From: an uncultured virus (IMG/VR IMGVR_UViG_3300038805_000284)
Lineage: Duplodnaviria > Heunggongvirae > Uroviricota > Caudoviricetes
Length of the DNA stretch: 20,000 nt
Strand: one strand, 5' to 3'
Virus record (IMG/VR): IMGVR_UViG_3300038805_000284
Under the pieces are notes generated by a model. It had not been told where the DNA came from and searched no databases. It saw nothing but the letters and a program-made list of their open reading frames with translations. Positions 9,634-17,678 of this stretch are shown here, piece after piece. A program made the position numbers and the translations under genes. Each line of letters begins with the position of its first letter. Position 1 is the stretch's first letter.

Positions 9634-9646
9634 ATTTGAAACTCCT
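9541..9646. repeat. 46-bp direct repeat, period 60, duplicating the RBS and first 11 codons
   Basis: GGCGAACCTTCTTTGATCTAATTTATAGTACATATTTGAAACTCCT at 9541 and 9601. Confidence 0.9.
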
Positions 9647-9676
9647 TGTAATAGTGAAAAAATTACAAGTCTATAT

Positions 9677-9714
9677 TACCCCCCTCTTTAATAAAATCCT
9701 TAAGGGGGGGGGTA
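9677..9714. terminator. GC-rich hairpin, probable terminator
   Basis: TACCCCCCTCTTTAA...TTAAGGGGGGGGGTA immediately after the stop of 9715..10011. Confidence 0.5.
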
Positions 9715-10011
9715 TTAATTAGTCACTTTTTCATACTCCATTGTTACGTATGCGTGACAACCCTTATTTGATAAGCTTTCATACCCGTCAATCGGGACAA
9801 TCGACCTTAACGTATCCTCTCCGATTTTCTCATAACCTGCATACATATCTCCTTCCGATTCAGTTGTTTTAAGATAGTCGTTAACTGCCTTGGCCATCTC
9901 CGTAAAGTCTCTAAAAGTACGGCCTTTAAATTGATCCGTAATGGCGAATGAATCAACAAGGTCTTCACCTCCATCTGAAACGATTACATGAACATTTTTG
10001 AATTTATACAT
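9715..10011 (-). CDS. acidic hypothetical protein
   Basis: 98 aa, AAAGGT RBS. Confidence 0.7.
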   Translation of the reverse strand: MYKFKNVHVIVSDGGEDLVDSFAITDQFKGRTFRDFTEMAKAVNDYLKTTESEGDMYAGYEKIGEDTLRSIVPIDGYESLSNKGCHAYVTMEYEKVTN

Positions 10012-10031
10012 TTTTCACGTAACCTTTATGT

Positions 10032-10796
10032 TTATTTTTTAGATTTCTTGGAAACTTCTTGCACTTCAATAGTAGAGGGGTACCACCTTACTTCTATAAA
10101 ATCTCCATGAAGATTCAGAAGTGTGTATATTTTTCTATTTTTATATCTAGGACCTTCTCCTAACATATTTACGGTTTCCCCGGGATGTATTTCTGTTTTA
10201 AAGTCTACCGTTTCATCTAGCAACTCTTTCTCGGTTCTTTTATCCCACAAAATTAATGATCCTTTTATGTTCAGTACAATATCTTTGCTGACATTTTTTA
10301 CAGAGACTTTACAGGTAACGAATAAACTCTTTTCTGAAAGGTTCTCTGCCATGCACCATTGATATTCGATTACTACGGGGTAGTAACTCCTTTTTTCCTT
10401 CCAATACTCTTCTCTTCTCTTCTTTTCTGCTAGAAACTTCTCTTCCCTCTTCCGTTCTTCTTCTAAGAGTTTTTGCTTTTTTTGCCATTCTTCTATGCGC
10501 CGTTCCCGTTCTATGCGCCGTTCCTCTTCAAGACGTTCCCTTCTTTCTTCGAGACGTTTTCTTTCTTTTTCTGCTTCCTCTTCAAGATGCTTTTGATACG
10601 CTTCTGGGTCCAAAGACTCTTTATAATTATCAGAATTCTCTTTCAGTTCTTCATTAGCCTTTAAAGACTCTTTTACGGATTCTTTTGTACCGTATTCGAC
10701 AGGCGTTAAGGCAAAACATCCCGAAAAGAACATTGCGACAACAAAACACGTTAACATCATTTTATTCACCATTTTCCTTAAAAAAGTTACATTCAA
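10032..10796 (-). CDS. probable lipoprotein with a charged coiled coil and a C-terminal beta-rich domain
   Basis: Hydrophobic LTCFVVAMFFSG-C lipobox-like segment, E/R/K-rich helix, then CKVSVKNVSKDIVLNIKGSL (Ig-like pattern). Confidence 0.65.
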   Translation of the reverse strand: MNVTFLRKMVNKMMLTCFVVAMFFSGCFALTPVEYGTKESVKESLKANEELKENSDNYKESLDPEAYQKHLEEEAEKERKRLEERRERLEEERRIERERRIEEWQKKQKLLEEERKREEKFLAEKKRREEYWKEKRSYYPVVIEYQWCMAENLSEKSLFVTCKVSVKNVSKDIVLNIKGSLILWDKRTEKELLDETVDFKTEIHPGETVNMLGEGPRYKNRKIYTLLNLHGDFIEVRWYPSTIEVQEVSKKSKK

Positions 10797-11755
10797 ATCC
10801 CGACAAAATTTTCTGCTTTTTGTACGGCATACTCAATACAGTCTACTTTCTTTATCAAACCTACCAAAAACACTACTCTTTCGTTCTTTTCGTCTTTGAT
10901 TTCCAGCGTTCCAGTCAACATTCCGCCATGAATATCCGTACCGGAATGAAGAGCGATAGTGACATTATTCGCACCAAAAGAACGCAAGGATCTCGAAAGT
11001 TGTTCAGAACAAAAAGGTGCCGCATATGATCTGCCTTTACAGCGTTCCACGCCATTGTTCTTAACTTCGATAACGGCATTATGGGATACTACCAAAAATT
11101 CCGTACCTACCGTTGCCAGGTAAACTTCATCTGATTGCAGGTTTTTTACAGTTTTCGCAACATCCGACGCTTTTGCGTAAACTTTAAACTCAACTTCACG
11201 ATCCTCTGTCAAAATCCGAACAGCATTTGTTGGCGAAATTGTTTCTAAACGGTAATTTTCACAAGTCTCGCCATCATTATCGTAAACACCCTCCGGCCAA
11301 GGCTTTTCAGGTTTTTCCCAAACATAACGGCGGCTATCCGTTTTCCAATGAGAAACGCCGTCCGAATTGATTAGCCCAAAATCGTCATGCCAATTTTCAA
11401 CTAGTTTTTGTTTCATGAACGTAGAAAGAGGACTTTTAAAGGTTTCGCTTTTAGCCGGTTCCCAACCTTGCGTTTTAAACGTGTAATACCCTCTTGCCGG
11501 TTTCTCAAGAGTCACAACTAAATTATCATTTTCCCCAATTTTAACAGTTGCCATTGGACATTTTTTGGCCAAATCCAAAATGTATTTCGGCAATTGTCCC
11601 GGTTTCTGTTTCAGTAGTTTTTTGACATCGGCAGGGACTTCTTTGCCGGACTTGAAACGGTAATCAGAAAGCACATCTGCGTCGCCCCATTTAACAGGAC
11701 GCAACCCATCGATAATTCCGCCGCTATTTACGAAGTCTTTAAAAAAGGTTTCCAT
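10793..11755 (-). CDS. hypothetical protein, possibly a divergent DNA sliding-clamp (beta/DnaN-fold) protein
   Basis: 320 aa with AGGAG RBS. TDSRRY resembles clamp TDGHRL; the C-terminus FCSEQLSRSLRSFGANNVTIAL...LEIKDEKNERVVFLVGLIK follows the clamp pattern. The ORF is solid; the function is tentative. Confidence 0.5.
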   Translation of the reverse strand: METFFKDFVNSGGIIDGLRPVKWGDADVLSDYRFKSGKEVPADVKKLLKQKPGQLPKYILDLAKKCPMATVKIGENDNLVVTLEKPARGYYTFKTQGWEPAKSETFKSPLSTFMKQKLVENWHDDFGLINSDGVSHWKTDSRRYVWEKPEKPWPEGVYDNDGETCENYRLETISPTNAVRILTEDREVEFKVYAKASDVAKTVKNLQSDEVYLATVGTEFLVVSHNAVIEVKNNGVERCKGRSYAAPFCSEQLSRSLRSFGANNVTIALHSGTDIHGGMLTGTLEIKDEKNERVVFLVGLIKKVDCIEYAVQKAENFVGI

Positions 11756-11756
11756 T

Positions 11757-12140
11757 TTATTCTCCTTTTAAGGCTTTTTCTTCAATTTGAAGGTTTCTGG
11801 TTATTGCCGATTTTTCAGAAAAAGTTTCCCCGTACCTGGCTCGCAACTTATTCACATTTTTAACTTGAACATCTTCTGTCGAAACATTTAAAACATCCTG
11901 TGCGACATTGATGTACCAATAAAGATCCCCAAGTTCTTCAATCAAATTAACCGTATCCAACGGTTTCCCGTAAAAAATATGTTTTTTGATTGCATCTAAA
12001 AACTCACCTGCTTCTGTAGCAACCCCCATTGCAGCATGTAAAAGACGAATAATAGAATCTTGAGAAACACGTTCACTGATAAGATTCATGTCTGTAGATT
12101 CAGTTTTCAAAACTTCTTTCAAATACTCTTTGTTGTCCAT
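11757..12140 (-). CDS. MazG-like nucleoside triphosphate pyrophosphohydrolase
   Basis: LHAAMGVATEAGEFLDAIKK...EELGDLYWY...NVNKLRARY, typical of phage single-domain MazG-like proteins. Confidence 0.88.
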   Translation of the reverse strand: MDNKEYLKEVLKTESTDMNLISERVSQDSIIRLLHAAMGVATEAGEFLDAIKKHIFYGKPLDTVNLIEELGDLYWYINVAQDVLNVSTEDVQVKNVNKLRARYGETFSEKSAITRNLQIEEKALKGE

Positions 12141-12185
12141 TTTCTGTCCTTATTTTGTGAATGATTTTCTAAGAATCTGTCTAAG

Positions 12186-12214
12186 ATTATGCCCGTTTTA
12201 CGGGCAAAAGTCAA
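12186..12214 (-). promoter_or_regulatory. sigma70 promoter with a palindromic spacer (possible operator)
   Basis: TTGACT-N17-CATAAT; contains TGCCCGT-TTT-ACGGGCA (12190-12206). Confidence 0.65.
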
Positions 12215-12239
12215 CAAAAAATAATTTTTAACATTTTTC

Positions 12240-12288
12240 TTTACTGGGCACCAAATCTAGTGTATACTGGTATCATGTTCTTTGAAAA
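12240..12288 (+). promoter_or_regulatory. tmRNA promoter plus a boxA-like element
   Basis: TTTACT-N17-TATACT (12240-12268), then TGTTCTTTGAAAA (12276-12288) just before the tmRNA. Confidence 0.55.
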
Positions 12289-12290
12289 TT

Positions 12291-12752
12291 GGGGCCGAAA
12301 TGGTTTTTCGACTAAACAAACAAGCAATGAGCTGCATGTCCTATGACCATGGGTTAAGAGTCACTCCAAGTAAGTTGCAATTCATGTTTTCTTCAAGCTG
12401 CATAAGACAGCTTGTGTGCACCTGCTGAGGCTCTCATAGGCAGTGTTGCGCATCATTTATGAGGGGGTTTTTTCTCCGTGTGAAAGTGTTGTTTCTGTTT
12501 AAACTCTTTTACAGGTTTGTTGTTGTTTTAGGTGTCCGGCAATTGGTTTTCTTACATTTTACCAATTATCGGAATTCCGTTCTGCGCTTTACTTTCCCTT
12601 CCTTTGGTAGAGTGTGGAAAAAATTGTGCCGATAAGTGTTTTAGCGTTTTTGATTATCGGCACACCTCCTTTGCCATTTCTAAACGCAAAAGCATGTATA
12701 ATTGCTGTTGCAGTATTCGTTTAGGACTCGGGTTCGATTCCCGACGGCTCCA
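12291..12752 (+). ncRNA. ssrA: tmRNA, 462 nt
   Basis: Acceptor GGGGCCG/CGGCTCC+A with G3.U; TTCGAC D-region; T arm TCGGG-TTCGATT-CCCGA; helix 2 (TAAAC/GTTTA, AGCAAT/ATTGCT, TGCATG/CATGTA); PK1 CCTAT/ATGGG with TGAC/GTCA; tag ORF 12376-12405 ending LQAA*. Confidence 0.93.
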
Positions 12753-12761
12753 CTAAAAAAT

Positions 12762-12791
12762 TTATTGGGTGTTATTGGGTGTTATTGGGTG
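12762..12791. repeat. (TTATTGGGTG)x3
   Basis: Perfect 10-bp tandem repeat directly after the tmRNA. Confidence 0.85.
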
Positions 12792-12976
12792 TTTAAAGGG
12801 GGAGGGGAGGTTTTAAGATAACCCCGTCAATTCCTAGAAATCATCATCATCATCATCACCATCTTCGTATTTAACACAAATTATACCCCCCCCCCTAAAG
12901 GTAAGTCAACAAAATTTAAAATTTAATGAAAGAGTTGACAAGTCATGCCGAGGGAAGTAGGAAGTTCCTAAAAAAA

Positions 12977-13243
12977 TCACAAGTTAAGATTAAGAGAATC
13001 TTTAGAAGGCTCTATGTCCGTAAGCTCAAATTTCCTGATTTTGATCCCTACTTCTGCCCGGTATAATGTAATTTCTTTTTTACGCCAATTTTCCATCTCT
13101 TCTTCATTGGGCTTGATTAAGTAGTCCGTTACCAAAAAAGAAGTCGTTAGCGTGTTTTTTCTGTCCAAAATTAACGGAGTGTGCATTCCATCAAAATACT
13201 CAAAAAACTGCCTGAAATCGGTCCTGCAACGCCACCTCTTCAA
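12977..13243 (-). CDS. hypothetical protein (start uncertain)
   Basis: 88-aa ORF, co-oriented, TTG start with GAGG nearby. Confidence 0.5.
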   Translation of the reverse strand: MKRWRCRTDFRQFFEYFDGMHTPLILDRKNTLTTSFLVTDYLIKPNEEEMENWRKKEITLYRAEVGIKIRKFELTDIEPSKDSLNLNL

Positions 13244-13397
13244 ACCTCATCTATAATCAGATCAACAGCATAAAAACATTCTGAACCATTGTGGTAATCT
13301 ACGTAAAAAGAAACTACAGCATCTCCATCTTCAGTTCCAATTTCCTCAAAACCGTATTTGTGAAATTTGAATTGAATTCCCGTCTCACGGTTTTACT

Positions 13398-14039
13398 TCA
13401 CTTCTCCACTGCGTAAAAACCACTTTCAGAGTCAAATTCTATGGAATAACCATTCATTTCTGCAAATCTTTTTTTAAATTTTTCAAGATTCACAGCTTCA
13501 CATGCCAAACCATACTGGTCGCCTTGTCCAGCATTAAAAATATCCGAAGTATAGTATCTTAAATCACTCAAGAAATCCTCTACAGTATAACCGCCAAGAT
13601 AGCCGCTAATTACTTCATAAGCGATTTCCTCTTTGTTCTCTCTTGTATTTTCTGCAACGAATACAGGTTTTCTGCCATATATCTCGTAAATTCCAGGTTT
13701 TTCAATAATATTGGAATAGCGACCACTATTTTCTACATCTCCGTAATAATCTACTGGGAGGTATAGGCCTGATTCTTTAAATACGCCATCATAGTCATCA
13801 AAATCAACTTCATCCGATACATAAATGCCAAAAAGGTCAAAATCTTCTTGAGTATACTCTTTATAACCGAACCAAGTCTCTTTGGCGCTGTACTCAAAAA
13901 TCATATACATTAAGTATTCGTCAAATTCTATTAACGTTCTGTCAATATATGTATCCATTTTATTGACTTCGGGAGAATCGCTCATGTCTACGACAAACCC
14001 AACAAAATCTTCAAAATCTTCAAATTCGTGAATGTTCAT
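13398..14039 (-). CDS. highly acidic D/E/Y-rich protein
   Basis: 213 aa, GAGGT RBS; composition typical of phage DNA-mimic/antirestriction proteins (inference). Confidence 0.75.
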   Translation of the reverse strand: MNIHEFEDFEDFVGFVVDMSDSPEVNKMDTYIDRTLIEFDEYLMYMIFEYSAKETWFGYKEYTQEDFDLFGIYVSDEVDFDDYDGVFKESGLYLPVDYYGDVENSGRYSNIIEKPGIYEIYGRKPVFVAENTRENKEEIAYEVISGYLGGYTVEDFLSDLRYYTSDIFNAGQGDQYGLACEAVNLEKFKKRFAEMNGYSIEFDSESGFYAVEK

Positions 14040-14087
14040 AGTTTACCTCATTTTGTCAAAAAAGAATTACAGCATTACCGTAATTCT

Positions 14088-14498
14088 TTAAATTTCTCCC
14101 AAATATACATTGACATTGATTCTCGAAAGTATACCGGCAATCTCTTCATACATGGAAAAATCAAAACCACTAAGATCATCGTAACGAATATCTTCAACTT
14201 TTCCACCAAACATATCCGCAACCTTGAATGCGAAATCAACAAAAGATTCTTCTAAATTATCATTTCTAAATTCTATCACCCCTCCAAGCTCTTCTTGAAG
14301 GCTTCTGATTTTATTTTCGACCATCTCTTTGTGATTCATCATTTCCGAAAAGTATTCAAAAGAACTGATTCCTACATCTTTCAGTTGAGCCTCTAAGTAC
14401 TCTCTACCCATCCACGGGTAGGTATTTACGTACTTAACATCCATACGTGTATACCCGGTATCTTGAGACGTTTTTATGTTATTTTCTTTGTAATACAT
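14088..14498 (-). CDS. acidic hypothetical protein
   Basis: 136 aa, co-oriented; followed by the hairpin AAAGAATTAC...GTAATTCTTT. Confidence 0.7.
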   Translation of the reverse strand: MYYKENNIKTSQDTGYTRMDVKYVNTYPWMGREYLEAQLKDVGISSFEYFSEMMNHKEMVENKIRSLQEELGGVIEFRNDNLEESFVDFAFKVADMFGGKVEDIRYDDLSGFDFSMYEEIAGILSRINVNVYLGEI

Positions 14499-14545
14499 CT
14501 CTGATAAACCTTATCCTTTGGCTAAAAAGTACAGTACCACTGTAC

Positions 14546-14692
14546 TCACCTCCATCGTGCAAATATCAAATCCTCATCATCATCACCCCCTAATAAGGAG
14601 GCCAGTGAGTAAGTTTTTTCTAAAATATTCTCACCGTAATTAGTTTCGTGAATCACATCTACTTTAGAACCTTCTTCTATTTTGAATTGCAT
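14546..14692 (-). CDS. small hypothetical protein (48 aa)
   Basis: Hand translation MQFKIEEGSKVDVIHETNYG...GGDDDEDLIFARWR*; GAGG RBS; lies downstream of the promoter at 14787-14815. Confidence 0.55.
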   Translation of the reverse strand: MQFKIEEGSKVDVIHETNYGENILEKTYSLASLLGGDDDEDLIFARWR

Positions 14693-14786
14693 GTCTAAAA
14701 CCTCGCTTTTTGTAAAAAAAAGAATTACATTACCATCATATAACAGATTTTAAAAATTACCTAAAGCAAAGAAATTAACAAATCAC

Positions 14787-14815
14787 ATTTTACATGAAAC
14801 AATCTACAGAGTCAA
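14787..14815 (-). promoter_or_regulatory. sigma70 promoter heading the leftward gene array
   Basis: TTGACT-N17-TAAAAT; + strand core ATTTTACATGAAA resembles the shared ATTTTACAGGAAA. Confidence 0.65.
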
Positions 14816-15592
14816 GCATGTATTGGAAAGTCTCTAAGGAATTCACTGGAAGTAACGTGAAGTACCTTTTCAGGATGTTTTAACATCTCCCCAGTACCTT
14901 TTCAGGATCTGAACTAAAAAAGTTGTTCGAATTTTGAAAAAATATGGGGGTTTAAAAAGTGTAAAAAAGGGGGGCCCCACCCCTGTCAAGCCCTTAATAG
15001 GTGTGCCCCATATGCCCCATATACCACTAAAAATCCCGCATTATACACTATATACAGCCCCAAGCCAAGCACATTCTGCGCATGTATTGATGACATATCT
15101 TCATCAAAACTGCGCATTATATCACAAAACGCTAACAAAAGCAATTACATAATGCTAATGTATCAATGAGAATTACTCATTATGCAAGGCCAAACATATA
15201 TGATATAATTATATTCAATTACAGCGAAGCTGTAATTCAGGAATTCTTTCGGAATGATACTATATTATCCCAACAAAGTCAAGCGAATAATAAAATCAAT
15301 TCGTAAAGATACCATGAAATTCTTTGCCAGTCAATTGCAAAAGGCTTCATGAATTGCTTCTTACTTTGCCTAGCATAAATAACTTTATTTGTCTATAGGT
15401 AATTTTCTATTTAAAACGAGCCTTAGAATCGCTTTTGAAGTGTTGCCCAATAGGCTGGCATAGGTTTCAAGATTAAATCGATTTAAATAATTATTTCATT
15501 GACAAATTCTAATGTTAGCTATTTTGAACAGGTTTCGATAGTGTTGCCTATGTAGGCAAAGCTTATCGGAATTGTGTTCAGTATAATTGAAA

Positions 15593-15908
15593 TAGCGAAT
15601 TGTTTAATAAATTCAATGGGTTGCAATACTATTGTGAATTGGTGGACATTCAAAATCATACCGCAAAGCATTTGTCAAGCTAAATCGACAATAATTTTGC
15701 GATATATTTTGAAGGTAATTTTAGCGAATTGTTTAATAAATTCAATGGGTTGCAATACTATTGTAATTCACTGGACATTCAAAATCATACCGCAAAGCAT
15801 TTGTCAAGCTAAATCGACAATAATTTTGCGATATATTTTGAAGGTAATTTTAGCGAATTGTTTAATAAATTCAATGGGTTGCAATACTATTGTAATTCAC
15901 TGGACATT
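15593..15908. repeat. 129-bp tandem repeat, ~2.5 copies
   Basis: Units start at 15593, 15722 and 15851 (TAGCGAATTGTTTAATAAATTCAATGGGTTGC...); a partial diverged copy lies near 15958. Confidence 0.9.
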
Positions 15909-16835
15909 TAAACAATCTTGCTGAAACTATTTTCAATGGAATTGAAATATATATTTCAGCGAATTGTTTAATGAATTCAAGGGGTTACAATATGGAAGGA
16001 ATTGTAAATATATATTTTTAAGTAATTTAAATATAATTGTAATTTGTATTTAAAAACCTAATGAATTCAATGGGTTACGGGATAAAATACCTTGTAATCC
16101 GTTTGCCTACATAGTCCAAAATTCCGCAATCGAAGGCGATACTTGTCCAATTATGGCGGAATATATTTCAATGAGATTTAAATATGAACATAATCTGTTT
16201 CAATTGTGCTGAAATATATTTCAATTAGATTGAAAAAGGTTTCAGCAAATATGAAAAAGTATCCTACATGGCAATACCATGTAAGGAAAATCGGGCTCGG
16301 AACCTGGGATTTATTACAATTTTACTGTATTAGTTGTCAAGCAATCCAAAAAAAGCATGTTTCAAGCCTTTTGTCAAGCGAATTCGACAAAATGACTGAA
16401 AAAAAAAAGTCTAATGATTTCAATAGTTTACAAATTTAAAATGCTCTTCTGCTATATAGGCGGAGACCGTTTCAATACCATTGAAATTAATTCCGCCAAA
16501 ATTGCAGTTTACTCATAAAATAAAATGGGTTAAATTCTCGAAGTTATATGCTATTTATACGTATTTTATATGTTTTCAGCATCTATTTCAATGAGCTTGA
16601 AACTAGATATTTTCAAAATATATTGAAATTCGCTGAAAATATAATAAATTCAATTACTTACAAACCTAATTTGAATTATATTTTATCCGGAATCCCGGGG
16701 GTTAGACAAATTATGCTGCCAACAGAATGGCAGAATTCTTTACAATTACCAATTTCATTTACATTAAACATCAAAAAACCTAATGATTACAGATATTTAA
16801 CATATTTTTTGTAATGTAATACTTAAGATATTACT

Positions 16836-16863
16836 AAATTGGTGTCAATTTTGACACCAATTT
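16836..16863. promoter_or_regulatory. 13-bp inverted repeat
   Basis: AAATTGGTGTCAA-TT-TTGACACCAATTT. Confidence 0.6.
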
Positions 16864-17467
16864 TAAATCATGTTCAGTATAGTTGAACAGAACTTAAGCA
16901 CCGTTTCAGCACAACTGTACGTACAATTGTACGAATATGCTGCAGGAATGAACAAAACAGTGCCATTAAAATCAAAAAAGCCCAATGATTACATATATTT
17001 ATCTTATTTTATGTAACGTAAAACATTAAACAAACATGCCCACTAACATATTGGCAGAGCTTGTTTAAGTGTGGCTGAAATTATGACTTAAAACGTATTG
17101 AAAACCTGTTCAATCTAGTTGAAATTGTCTGCAACAAGCTTGAACAGGATTGGTTACAGCTTTATCGAACAAAAAAAGCTAATAAAATCAACTAGTTAGC
17201 GCACCTACATTTGTCTACATGGTTTCGAAGTCCCCAGTATTACAGTACAACTAAAAAAGTTCCTCGAAGATATTTTTTACATTTATACTAAAATTATTTT
17301 TCGATGCAGTTGAAACAGGAGTTTAATGAGATTGAAATTGGCCGTTAATGGGTTTCAGTATGGTTGAAATCTCGTACAGTATGATTGAAATCTTGTACAG
17401 TCTTGCTGGTATTCCAGCAGGATTGTACGGGGTTATTTTGATGCTGTAAATTGAAGTATAATTGGAA

Positions 17468-17483
17468 TGTTTCACGTGAAACA
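17468..17483. promoter_or_regulatory. parS: parS site (chromosomal ParB/Spo0J consensus)
   Basis: Perfect 16-bp palindrome TGTTTCACGTGAAACA. Confidence 0.85.
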
Positions 17484-17678
17484 ATACTGTAATTACAGTG
17501 TGGTTTAAGTGGTGTTACAGTGTGGCTGAAAGCCTGTTACAGTGTTGTCGAAATAAATTACAGTGACGCTGAAAGCCTGTTACCGTAAGGCTGTAAAAGA
17601 ATTACAGCAGGATTGTAAAGGGCTTTTTAGGGAGTATGGCACTGATAAAAATCCCCTGTTAAATCCTTATAGAATCCC

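Larger units (their letters stand above)
15577..17617. repeat. dispersed array of TTCA/TACA-N7-TGAA palindromic sites
   Basis: Perfect TTCA-N7-TGAA at 15577, 15932, 16199, 16220, 16241, 16471, 16587, 16873, 17109 and 17354, plus many variants with 1-3 mismatches. Confidence 0.8.

Noticed and set aside
12291..12752. tmRNA as host ssrA marking a prophage attachment boundary
   Set aside because: Both flanks have the same composition, gene style and orientation, and there is no integrase or duplicated 3' fragment in the window.
12532..12756. 74-aa ORF
   Set aside because: Lies entirely over the structured 3' half of the tmRNA.
13240..13392. Small gene between 12977..13243 and 13398..14039
   Set aside because: An open 50-codon frame exists but is preceded by GTG-AAG-TAA and has no clear start; it may be a pseudogene, but support is too weak.
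15593..15908. CRISPR array
   Set aside because: Whole 129-bp units repeat; there are no unique spacers and no cas genes.
14934..16814. Plus-strand ORFs 14934, 15574, 16206 and 16548 as genes
   Set aside because: No RBS, non-ATG or weak starts, and translations that simply mirror DNA repeats.
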